Below, piece by piece: positions 18,428-30,495 of a stretch of DNA of 64,000 nucleotides. The notes beneath the pieces were generated by a model that made no database searches, was not told the DNA's origin, and saw only the letters and a list, made by a program, of their open reading frames with translations. The DNA comes from Eledone cirrhosa (taxonomy: Eukaryota), in the NCBI GenBank assembly GCA_964016885.1, contig OZ024743.1, forward strand, positions 183,086,001 to 183,150,000, given 5' to 3'. Made by a program: the position numbers and the translations under genes. How positions within the stretch are numbered: position 1 is the stretch's first letter; each line of letters begins with the position of its first letter.

Positions 18428-19914
18428 ATATATATGTATATTTATGTGTGTATATATAATTTATGTGTGTGTATATATAATTTATGTGTATGTATATATA
18501 TATATGTGTATATATATATTTGTATATGTATGTGTGTATATATATATGTATATGTATGTGTGTATATATGTATATGTATGTGTGTATATATATATATGTC
18601 TATGTATGTGTGTATATATATATATGTCTATGTATGTGTGTATATATATATGTATGTGTGTATATATATATATGTATGTGTGTATATATATATATGTATG
18701 TGTGTATATATATATGTATGTGTGTATATATATATGTATGTGTGTATATATATATGTATGTGTGTATATATATATGTGTGTATATATATCTGTATATGTA
18801 TATGTATGTGTGTATATGTATATATGTATATGTATGTGTGTATATATATATATGTATATGTATGTGTGTATATATATATATGTATATGTATGTGTGTATA
18901 TATATATATGTATATGTATGTGTGTATATATATATATGTATATGTATGTGTGTATATATATATATGTATATGTATGTGTGTATATATATATATGTATATG
19001 TATGTGTGTATATATATATATGTATATGTATGTGTGTATATATATATATGTATATGTATGTGTGTATATATATATATGTATATGTATGTGTGTATATATA
19101 TATGTATATGTATGTGTGTATATATATATGTATGTGTGTATATATATATGTATATGTATGTGTGTATATATATATGTATATGTATGTGTGTATATATATA
19201 TGTATATGTATGTGTGTATATATATATGTATATGTATGTGTGTATATATATATGTATATGTATGTGTGTATATGTATGTGTGTATATGTATATGTATGTG
19301 TGTATATATATATGTCTCTGTATGTGTATATATATATATATGTATATGTATGTGTGTATATATATATATGTATATGTATGTGTGTATATATATATATGTA
19401 TATGTATGTGTGTATATATATATATGTATATGTATGTGTGTATATATATATGTATATGTATGTGTGTATATGTATATGTATGTGTGTATATATATATGTA
19501 TATGTATGTGTGTATATATATATGTATATGTATGTGTGTATATATATATGTATATGTATGTGTGTATATGTATATGTATGTGTGTATATATATATGTATA
19601 TGTATGTGTGTATATATATATGTATATGTATATGTATATATATATGTATATGTATATATATATGTATATGTATGTGTGTGTGTGTATATATGTATATGTA
19701 TGTGTGTGTGTGTATATATGTATATGTATGTGTGTGTGTGTATATATGTATATGTATGTGTGTGTGTGTATATATATATATGTGTGTGTGTATATATATA
19801 TGTATATGTATGTGTGTATATATATATGTATATGTATGTGTGTATATATATATGTATATGTATGTGTGTATATATATATGTATATGTATGTGTGTATATG
19901 TATATGTATGTGTG

Positions 19915-19945
<31 letters not shown>

Positions 19946-20260
19946 GTGTGTATATATATATGTGTGTATATATATATGTATGTGTATATATATATGTATA
20001 TGTATGTGTGTACATATATATATGTATATGTATGTGTGTACATATATATATGTATATGTATGTGTATATATATATATATGTATATGTATGTGTATATATA
20101 TATATATGTATATGTATGTGTATATATATGTATATGTACGTGTATATATATATATATGTATATGTACGTGTATATATATATATATGTATATGTACGTGTA
20201 CATATATATATATGTATATATGTATATGTATGTGTTTATATATATATGTATATGTATGTG
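18428..20260. repeat. TATGTATATGTATGTGTG(TA)n compound microsatellite
   Basis: Directly visible. Confidence 0.95.
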
Positions 20261-20338
20261 TCATCATCATCACCATTTTACGTCCGTTCTTCCACGCTAG
20301 CATGGGTTAGACGGGTTGTCCTGTTGTGGACAGCAGTG
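20261..20338 (-). mobile_element. RTE 3' terminus with (GAT)n tail
   Basis: Reverse complement reads CCCGTCTAACCCATGCTAGCGTGGAAGAACGGACGTAAAATGGTGATGATGATGA. Confidence 0.7.
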
Positions 20339-20787
20339 TGTATATATATATATATGTATTTGTATGTGTGTATATATATGTATTTGTATGTGTGTATATA
20401 TATGTATATGCATGTGTGTATATATATGTATATGCATGTGTGTATATATATGTATATGCATGTGTGTATATATGTATATGCGTGTGTGTATATATGTATA
20501 TGTGTGTGTGTGTATATATGTATATGTGTGTGTGTATATATATGTATATGTGTGTGTGTATATATATGTATATGCGTGTGTGTATATATATGTATATGTC
20601 TGTGTGTATATATATGTATATGTCTGTGTATATATATATGTATGTCTGTGTATATATATATGTATATGTCTGTGTATATATATATATGTATGTGTGTATA
20701 TGTATATGTGTGTGTGTATATATATGTGTGTATATATATATATGTATATGTGTATATATATGTGTGTGTGTATATATATATATATAT

Positions 20788-23156
20788 GTCTTATTCAGCA
20801 CAGGATCTCTCCACTCGTCACGATCCTTCGTCATCTCCACCGTGAGCTTCAATGATCTGAGGTCTCTTATCCCCACTCCGCCCATGTTTTTCGTGGTCTA
20901 CCTCTACTACGTCTTTCTTCAACTGGCATTTCCTGGCACTTCTTCACCCATCGGTCATCCTCCATGCGCATCACATGTCCATACCACCTCAGTCTCCTCT
21001 TCCGTACACTACATTCTATCCCTCTCAGATACAGTTTCTCTCTCAACACATTCATGGTGGGTCGTTCATGCACATTTACACTGCACATCCAACGGAGCAT
21101 GCTTGCCTCATTTCTCTCCAGCCGTCGCATATCTTCTGCGGTTGCTGCCCATGTCTCACTACCATGCACATCGCGCTCCTCACACAGGCATCATATAACC
21201 GGCCTTTCATACGCAGGGAGAAACCCTTCTTCGTCAGCAGAAGAAGCAGCTCTCTAAACTTCTTCCAACCCGTCCTTATTCCAGATACTATGGCCTCGGA
21301 ACACCCCCCTCCCATGCTAATCTGATCTCCTAGGTACCGGAAGCTATCCACCACTTCTATAGCACCCTCCTGCATTTGAAAAATGTGTCTATCAATGTGA
21401 CTTCTACTGTCTAATTTCCCTGTACATCTACTGCATACATATTTATCCCTACCTGTTAGTTTGCCTGCTATCCCGCTACATCTCTTGTGTACCGAGGATC
21501 TGCATTGTGTGCATTTTATGGAATTTATGCCAGTTCCTTTTCTGCATATCGAACATGGAATGTGACGGAATCAGTTTTGTCCTCTTTTCTACTCATCAAC
21601 ACTTTTGTCTTAGCTAGGTTCACTCTCGGTCCTCTTGCTTCCAACTGCTGTTTCCATAGCCAGAATTTATTCTCTAGCTCCTCTACTGATTCTGCTATCA
21701 GAACCAGATCATCAGCATAGAGAAGTTCCCATGGACAGCCAGTCTTAAACTCGTCTATTATGGCTTGGAGGACTATAATGAACAAGAGCAGGCTGAGGAC
21801 CGAACCTTGATGTACTCCTACTTGTATCTGGAATTCCTCACTAAACTCCATTCCTACCCTGACTTTACTGAGAGTACCTCTGTACAAAGTTTGCACTGTC
21901 CTCACAAGCCATTCCTCAACACCTAGTTTCCTTAGGGACCACCAGATGACAGATCAGGGTACCCTATCAAAGGCCTTCTCTAGGTCAACAAAAGCTAAGT
22001 ATAGTGGCTTATTCTTCCCTAAGAACCTCTCTTGCAATTGTCTCACCAAGAAGAGGGCATCTGTTGTACTCTTCCCAGGCACAAAACCAAACTGCATCTC
22101 ATCTAGTTTGACCCTTTCTCTAATTAGTTGTGCTAATATCCTTTCTGCCACTTTCATAACCTGATCTATCAGTTTTATACCCCTATAATTGCTCCTCTCC
22201 AGAGCATCCCCTTTACCTTTGTAGCAATTTATGAGAATACTGCTGCACCAGTCTTTGGGTATGACACCACCATATATAGCCTGATTGATGATGCGTGCAA
22301 CCAGTTTAGTGCCTACGTCCCCTGATGCCTTCAGCATCTCAGCAACTATTCCCGATGGTCCAGCAGCCTTACCATTTTTCATTTCCTTAATCGCCTCTTG
22401 GACCCTATATTCGTCAATCTCAATAGCTGGTCCCTCTGTCGGATCTACTAAGGGTAATTTCTCTCTCTCCCATTCGTTATCCACATTCATCAGTCTCTCA
22501 TAATGACATTTCCAGGCCTCCTTTTTCTCATCATTCGTGACACTAAGTACACCAGCATCATTCTGGACACATTTATCTCCAACAACATCCTGATTTGCAT
22601 TGACACACTGCCTTGCAATGTGGAACACGGCACGCCTCTGATCTTCTCGTCGCTGAACATTGGAAAACCTCCCACTCTCAGCCTCCCTGCGTGCTAAGCT
22701 TCTCTCTTAGCGGCTGTATATTCTTCCCTACTCCCACCTTTTTTCCAAGCCTTCCATGCTAGTCTTTTGTCTCTAATGGCCTTATCTACTGTGCTGTTCC
22801 ACCACCAGGTCACTCTCTGTCTGGTTGGAGCTCTGCTCCAGCCACAAGTTTCATCAGTAGCCTGCAGTAAGTTGTCACATAAGAAATTCCAGTTATTATC
22901 TGTCATATGTCTCTAAATCGTCTTCTTTTTCTGTCATATACATCTTGAAGAGCTTTTCTAAATTTGTATTTTAGTGAAAAGTCTTTTAGCTTCCAGACCT
23001 TTTTTCTCCACACCTTCCTGTATGTCTCATTCCATCTCTTGCTTACTGAGATATCACTAACGACTAACCTATGCTGTGGGGTACATTCTTCCCCAGGGTA
23101 TGCCTTGGTATTAGACATTATCTGCCTGTCCTGCTGCCTAACAAGTAAGAAGTCAA
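20788..23156 (-). mobile_element. 5'-truncated RTE LINE pseudogene (APE C-terminus, RT, PHD finger, C-terminus), multiply frameshifted
   Basis: Motifs DFLLVR...[64 protein letters not shown] and GRPRKTW, spread across ORFs between 20867 and 23156. Confidence 0.92.
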
Positions 23157-23218
23157 TATATATACACACACACACATATACACACACACATACATAGATA
23201 TATGTATATATATATATA

Positions 23219-23268
<50 letters not shown>

Positions 23269-23332
23269 TACATACACACACATATACATACACACATATA
23301 TATATACATATGTGTATATATATATGTGTGTC

Positions 23333-23363
<31 letters not shown>

Positions 23364-23434
23364 CTGTATGTGTGTGTGTGTCTGTATGTGTGTGTGTGTC
23401 TGTATGTGTGTATGTGTGTATGTGTGTGTATATG

Positions 23435-23469
<35 letters not shown>

Positions 23470-23567
23470 ATATATATGTATATGTGTGTGTGTGTGTATA
23501 TATGTATATGTGTGTGTGTGTATATGTGTGTATATATGTATATGTGTGTGTATATATATATGTATAT
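23157..23567. repeat. (TA)/(CA)/(TG) microsatellite with an internal strand switch
   Basis: CA-rich up to ~23308, TG-rich after. Confidence 0.9.
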
Positions 23568-23798
23568 GAGGATGACCAATGGGTGAAGAAGTGCCAGGAA
23601 ATGCCAGTTGAAGGAAGACGTGGTAGGGGTAAACCACGAAAAACATGGGCGGAGGTGGTGAGAACAGACCTCAGATCGTTGAAGCTCACAGTGGAGATGA
23701 CGAAGGACCGTGACGAGTGGAGAGATGCTGTGCTGAATAGGACCCGTCCAACCTTTGCAAGCAGGGAAAAGCGGACGTATGATGATGATGATGATGAC
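23568..23798 (+). mobile_element. RTE 3' fragment with (GAT)n tail
   Basis: Encodes [41 protein letters not shown]..., nearly identical to the reverse complement of 20790-20962. Ends GGACGTATGATGATGATG. Confidence 0.85.
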
Positions 23799-23833
23799 GC
23801 TTCAGAAGGGAGCAAACCTTGGCCACCTAATTG

Positions 23834-24022
23834 ACGGTGGGTTGGCAGTATCAGTAGAGGGTCGGACGCTATGCTTTGCAGCATAGTTACGTCCCTTTAC
23901 GGACTGAGTTCAAATCCCATCGTGGTTAACTTTGCCTTTCATCCTTACGGGGTCGATAAAATAAAGTACCAGTAATACACTGGGTAATTGCTGGCCTTGT
24001 GCCAAAAGTAGAAACGATTATT
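23834..24022 (+). mobile_element. tRNA-derived SINE
   Basis: Box A-like TGGCAGTATCAG, box B GAGTTCAAATCC, core GCCTTTCATCCTTACGGGGTCGATAAAATAAAGTACCAG (Meta/MESC-like, from recall) and tail GTAGAAACGATTATT. Confidence 0.85.
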
Positions 24023-24259
24023 ACATACCTCAGCTTGCTTGCATAGCCAAGTTATCTATTGTGATTAATATTTATTCAAATATAAACAACTTATTATATG
24101 AGTCAAATGTGTTTGTTTGATAAGTACATGTGGTTTGTAAAAAGCCTATCCTGTATTGTGGACATAACATTGGTATCACTTTGTTGCTTAGCTATTATAG
24201 CTAACATTTTCAATCTAGTATATTTCTGTGGAAGTCTGACAACAGTGTATATTATCACC

Positions 24260-24447
24260 CGCGGGATTGGCAGTATCGGTAGAGGGTCGGATGCCATGCT
24301 TTGCAGCACAGTTATGTCCCTTTGTGGATTGAGTTCAAATCCCATCGAGGTTAACTTTGCCTTTCATCCTTACGGGGTCGATAAAATAAAGTACCAGTAA
24401 TACACTGGGATAATTGCTGGCCTTGTGCCAAAAGTAGAAACAATTAT
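24260..24447 (+). mobile_element. tRNA-derived SINE (same family)
   Basis: Same boxes, core and tail as 23834-24022. Confidence 0.85.
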
Positions 24448-24544
24448 CACCTAATAACACAAACATCTTTTTCTTATTTTCTTATTTTATTGACAAAAAC
24501 ACTTATTTTCATTTGTATTTGTAGAGGTTGAACTTATTGGGGAG

Positions 24545-25440
24545 TTGTGTTGACCTCAACTAGGGAGAGAGAGAGAGAGAGATGTGGTGACCTCAACATA
24601 TTGCTAGAGAGAGAGAGAGAGAGATGTGGTGACCTCAAGATATTGCTAGGGAAAGAGAGAGAGAGATGTGTTGACCTCAAGATATTGCTAGGCAAAGAGA
24701 GAGAGATGTGTTGACCTCAAGATATTGCTAGAGAGAGAGAGAGAGAGATGTGTTGACCTCAACATATTGCTAGGGAAAGAGAGAGAGATGTGTTGACCTC
24801 AACATATTGCTAGGGAAAGAGAGAGAGATGTGTTGACCTCAACATATTGCTAGGGAAAGAGAGAGAGATGTGTTGACCTCAACATATTGCTAGGGAAAGA
24901 GAGAGAGATGTGTTGACCTCAACATATTGCTAGGGAAAGAGAGAGAGATGTGTTGACCTCAAGATATTTCTAGGGAAAGAGAGAGAGATGTGGTGACCTC
25001 AACATGGCGCTAGAGAGAGAAAGAGTTGTGGTGACGTCAACATATTGCTAGGGAGGGAGAGAGAGACAGTTCTGGTGACCTCAACATATTGTTAGGGAAG
25101 CGAGAGAGATGTGGTGACCTCAACATATTGCTAGGGAGTGAGAGAGAGAGATCTGGTGACCTCAACATATTGTTAGGGAGAGAGAGAGAGGGGGTGTGGT
25201 GACCTCAACATATTGCTAGGGAGCGAGAGAGAGAGATCTGGTGACCTCAACATATTGTTAGGGAGAGAGAGAGGGGGTGTGGTGACCTCAACATATTGCT
25301 AGGGAGAGCGAGAAGGGGGGGGGTGACCTCAACATATTGCTAGTAATTGTTTAATAACAGAGCCCTTCCATTGAGAGGGAGAGAGAGAATTATTGGGGAG
25401 TTGTGGTGACTTCAACATATTGCTTGGGCGAGAGAGAGAA
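24545..25440. repeat. ~40-bp minisatellite GATGTGTTGACCTCAACATATTGCTAGGGAAAGAGAGAGA
   Basis: About 20 tandem copies with a variable (GA)n tract, homogeneous in the centre and degenerate at the edges. Confidence 0.92.
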
Positions 25441-25534
25441 TGACCAAAGTTGCCAAATCTGGCAGCATGGAAACTTAAGACTGAGTGTAAGATGGAATGG
25501 AATGGACATCCATCAATTTTAACAATGTTAACCA

Positions 25535-25690
25535 ATGTTCCAGTTGTTCAAACAATGGAACAGCCTGCTCATGGTATTAATATTAAAGTGGTTGAGGGTT
25601 TCACAGACACATGCACCCTTAATGTAATTCTCAGGGAGGTTTAGTAAGAGACTATGTGACACAGCTGGCCTTTAAATTACAGCTACAGTC
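25535..25690 (+). mobile_element. Old SINE body fragment (octopus-type)
   Basis: GGAACAGCCTGCTC...CACAGACACATGCACCCTTAATGTAATTCTCAGGGAG...GCTGGCCTTTAAATTACAG resembles a recalled abundant cephalopod SINE. Not verified by search. Confidence 0.45.
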
Positions 25691-26647
25691 CATCTGATGG
25701 GTTTCCAAACAGTTTCTCTCTACCCTATTTTCCTCCACTCATCTTTCCTCTCCTCCTCCTCTCACATCTCTCCCCCTCCTCCTCTCTCATCTCTCCACCT
25801 CATCATCATCCATGATGTATCCTCCAACCCATCAGACCCAACACCCTCCACTATGCCCAATCCTTCTTCCCCAGAATGCTGGCCTTTGTGAATTCTTCCC
25901 TTGTTCATGTCTTTCCTCCAGTCTTTCTTGATTTCCAACTTGTTTAAACAGAATGTCAATGGTATTAATCTTTGGAGGAGCAGCAAAAGCTATGGGCACT
26001 GTCCCTTCCTCTAAAGCTAGCTAGTAAGAAACATTACTGTATTCATCAACCAGACAAACTAATTGCTATCTCATTTCATAGTTGATTGGTTATCTATATT
26101 AATAAAGCTGACGGCCGTATGTAACAAACATTTGGCAAAACGGCTGGACCACACAGCACCAAATTTGCACCATAGATGTAACTTTTTCCAAGGAAGAAAG
26201 TGAGGGTTTTTTTGTCTACCAAATTTCGTTATTATTCATTAGAGATATTTTATTATTTATCTAAAGATTCACTTCTTTAAAATTTTCAAATGTCAACACT
26301 TTCGGTTAGCGATCGCTTAAATAAACATTCATATATTTTGCAGTTTATATATAATAGCGTCTTTTTTTAAAATGTATCATGGATTAAATTTCTGTGTATA
26401 TTGTCAATCTCTATCTATATTAATAAAGCTGACGGCGGTATGTAAAGGGACGAGTACATTACTGGTACTTTATTATATATAATACAACATTCCTCTCTCT
26501 TTCTTACTCTGTCTTTTTAGATAGATACATAGCTATAATGTTGCGCGCTTATAATATCTGTCTGTATGTCTACCTGTCTGCATTGACTTCGCTTCTAACC
26601 AACTTTTAATTAATTATATATATATATATATAATTATATATTCGTGT

Positions 26648-27480
26648 ACATATTTTCAACAGTAAGTAATACTGTACTATACTATATATTTTCAACAGTA
26701 ATACTGTACTATATATTTTCAACAGTAGTACTATACTATATATTTTCAACAGTAATACTGTACTATATATTTTCAACAGTAATACTATACTATATGTTTT
26801 CAACAGTAGTACTGTACTATATATTTTCAACAGTAATACTGTACTACATATTTTCAACAGTAATATTGTACTACATATTTTCAACAGTGCTACTATACTA
26901 TATATTTTTAACAGTAATACTATACTATATATTTTTAACAGTAATACTATACTATATATTTTTAACAGTAATACTATACTATATATTTTCAACAATGATA
27001 CTGTACTATACTATATATTTTCAACAGTAATTCTCTACTATATATTTTCAACAGTAATACTATACTATATATTTTCAACAGTAATAGTGTACTATATATT
27101 TTCAACAGTAATGCTATAGTATACTATATATTTTCAACAGTAATACTATATATTTTCAACAGTAATACTGTACTATATATTTTCAACAGTAATACTATAC
27201 TATATATTTTCAACAGTAATACAATACTATATATTTTCAACAGTAATACTATACTATATATTTTCAACAGTAATACTATACTATATATTTTCAACAGTAA
27301 TACTATACTATATATTTTCAACAGTAATACTATACTATATATTTTCAACAGTAATACTATACTATATATTTTCAACAGTAATATTATACTATACTATATA
27401 TTTTCAACATTAATACTATACTATACATTTTCAACAGTAATACTATACTATATATTTTCAACAGTAATATTATACTATAC
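26648..27480. repeat. 27-bp satellite TATATTTTCAACAGTAATACTATACTA (left block)
   Basis: Tandem units are the source of the (LLLKIYSIV)n pseudo-ORFs. Confidence 0.95.
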
Positions 27481-29433
27481 TGTAGCGGTTGTCTGTCTCC
27501 CTTGTTGTGACCCCAATAGATTAACATCTAGACGGGAAGTAGAACCCTTTCTGTAACTTCCGGTCAGAGCCCTATAAAACGAATAGCCTTCGGCTCTCTC
27601 TCTCTCTTTGCCCTTCCGGCGCCTGGCTTTCGCCAGGCGTCTTCTGCCAGCCGCGTTTGCCTGGCAATCAAAACGGTAACTACTAACTTTGCTTCATTCT
27701 ATCATCTATTTCTTTGACATGTCAACTATACTATCTACCATTGTTAATTAAATATTATACACACAAACCATGTCTCGTTTTGTTACATTCATACAACCCA
27801 GTATCTTCGCTATATTGGTAACCCTGACGTGATACGAACACGCAGCCGTTCATCGCTATAAGTGGTCACCCCAAAAAAAGAAAAAATAGCAGATCTGGTG
27901 TTGTGTGAGTAACATTACGAATACACAGCAAATTTATCGACAAACTATGAAAATACTCAAAGAAACGGACACACGCACATGTGAAATTTTCGCACAGACA
28001 GACTTTTTCTCTCACGCATCAACTAACTGTCGCATTTCACGATATATATACATGTTTCTCGTTTCTTACAACGAACACTTTCAAAACACAAAAAAAAAAA
28101 AAAAAAAAAAAAAGAAATTTGATATTTAAAAAAAAAACATTTCAACAGGAACATTTATTTTCGATGAACCATTGCCTTTTTTTTTTTCATCGTTTTCTTC
28201 ATCGTTCAAGTTTTTTTTCCAAAGTTCACACCAATAATTATGCTGAGTGAAGCCTTTCTTTTTCATCATTGTCACTTTCACACTTGCACTATCATTTTCT
28301 CGCGCGTTAGAAATATTATTTTTTTAACCTAACCACCTTGTATTGGCACGTGTAGGCAGCACAAATTCTCGACTCACAGAGATAGCCGCACGCCAGAGAT
28401 AACGTTTCTCGCCTAGGATTCTTCAGCCTTAAGCTATATTCTCCTATTTGCCGGTTTAAAAATTTACCACGTAAATTTGCCGTTGAAAACTGCGCATTTA
28501 TTCAGAATGCTTAATTCTTTGGTCGCTGGCCTCTTGACCCTTCCAGGTCAACGCATTCTCAACATCGACCATCAACTTCGGCTGCTATTTCTAGCACTTT
28601 GCGCAACTGAATTTTTCTGAAAAAATTTCTTTTTTTTTTACTGTGAATTTAAACACCGAATACGCTCACTCAGCGAGACAACAACATCAACACAGCTTCA
28701 CCAACAACCAAAGCCAGAGAATTTATTTTTGCAGCACTCTTCCTGTGAGAAAATCCATTCGGAGGTTGGAAATTTCACGATATACCACAGAACAGAAACC
28801 ACCTGCATTCATTCTCTGGAACACACTTTCTTTCCTGCTGTCATGTGATTGCACACCTGTGAACTATATTTTGTACATTTGAACTTTGAGCCCTTCTCTT
28901 ACTTTATTACATTGTATCTTTGGGTGATGGATAGATAGATGTCCAGTCGTTCTCTGGCCAAGAGCGGTTGGCTACCTTGATATCTATCATTGATTTTTGC
29001 AAACATTCTTTTGTCGTAATTTTCATGCCTGTTACAACATTCTCGCCAACTTGCTACATATTTTCATTCGATTTTTATATCCTAAAATTATGGCGGGAGG
29101 TTATGTAGCGGTTGTCTCCCTTGTTGTGACCCCAATAGATTAACATCTAGACGGGAAGTAGAACCCTTTCTGTAACTTCCGGTCAGAGCCCTATAAAACG
29201 AATAGCCTTCGGCTCTCTCTCTCTCTTTGCCCTTCCGGCGCCTGGCTTTTGCCAGGCGTCTTCTGCCAGCCGCGTTTGCCTGGCAATCAAAACGGTAACT
29301 ACTAACTTTGCTTCATTCTATCATCTATTTCTTTGACATGTCAACTATACTATCTACCATTGTTAATTAAATATTATACACACAAACCATGTCTCGTTTT
29401 GTTACATTCATACAACCCAGTATCTTCGCTATA
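27481..29433 (+). mobile_element. Non-autonomous LTR retrotransposon (Gypsy-type ends, no ORF)
   Basis: LTRs at 27481-27814 and 29104-29433 are nearly identical. PBS at 27816-27833, purine-rich tract GGCGGGAGG just before the 3' LTR, ATAC 4-bp TSD, and TATAAAA inside the LTR. Confidence 0.9.
27816..27833 (+). promoter_or_regulatory. Primer-binding site for tRNA-Trp
   Basis: TGGTAACCCTGACGTGAT matches TGGTGACCCCGACGTGAT (complement of the metazoan tRNA-Trp 3' end) at 16 of 18 positions. Confidence 0.8.
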
Positions 29434-30495
29434 ATACTATATATTTTCAACAGTAATACTATACTATACTATATATTTTCAACAGTAATAGGATACTATA
29501 TATTTTCAACAGTAATATTATACTATGCTATATATTTTCAACAGTAATACTATACTATATATTTTCAACAGTAATATATTATACTATACTATATATTTTC
29601 AACAGTAATACTATACTATATATTTTCAACAGTAATACTATACTCTATATTTTCAACAGTAATACTATACTCTATATTTTCAACAGTAATACTATACTAT
29701 ACTGTTTTCAATAGTAATACTATACTATACATTTTCAATAGTAATACTATAGTATACTGTATATTTTCAACAGTAATACAATACTATATATTTTCAACAG
29801 TAATACAATACTATATATTTTCAACAGTAATACTATACTCTATATTTTCAAGTCCTACTATACTCTATATTTTCAAGTCATACTATACTATATATTTTCA
29901 ATAGTAATACAATACTATATATTTTCAACAGTAATACTATACTATATATTTTCAATAGTAATACAATACTATATATTTTCAACAGTAATACTATACTATA
30001 TATTTTCAATAGTAATACAATACTATATATTTTCAACAGTAATACTATACTATATATTTTCAATAGTAATACAATACTATATATTTTCAACAGTAATACT
30101 ATACTATATATTTTCAACATTAATACTATACTATATATTTTCAACAGTAATACTATACTATATATTTTCAACAGTAATACTGTACTATATATTTTCAACA
30201 GTAATACTATACTATATATTTTCAACAGTAATACTATACTATATATTTTCAACAGTAATACTATACTATATATTTTCAACAGTAATACTATACTATATAT
30301 TTTCAACAGTAATACTGTACTATATATTTTCAACAGTAATACTATACTATATATTTTCAACAGTAATACTATACTATATATTTTCAACAGTAATACTGTA
30401 CTATATATTTTCAACAGTAATACTGTACTATATATTTTCAACAGTAATACTATACTATATATTTTCAACAGTAATACTATATATTTTCAACAGTA
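29434..30495. repeat. 27-bp satellite (right block; resumes briefly at ~33548-33592)
   Basis: Same unit as 26648-27480. Confidence 0.95.

Noticed and set aside
24128-24237. Possible minus-strand host exon (LPQKYTRLKMLAIIAKQQSDTNVMSTIQDRLFTNH, AG/GT flanks)
   Set aside because: Weak splice sites and no recognisable homology. It would need RNA-seq support.
23834-24447. tRNA genes
   Set aside because: A and B boxes are present but there is no cloverleaf, and they are followed by a SINE core and tail.
24545-25440. CRISPR-like array (also considered for the 46-bp and 27-bp repeats)
   Set aside because: No unique spacers, no cas genes and a eukaryotic context.
25860-25975. CR1/L2 3' fragment (FFPR...NSSL.HVFP...LFKQNVN)
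   Set aside because: Too short and frameshifted to call confidently.
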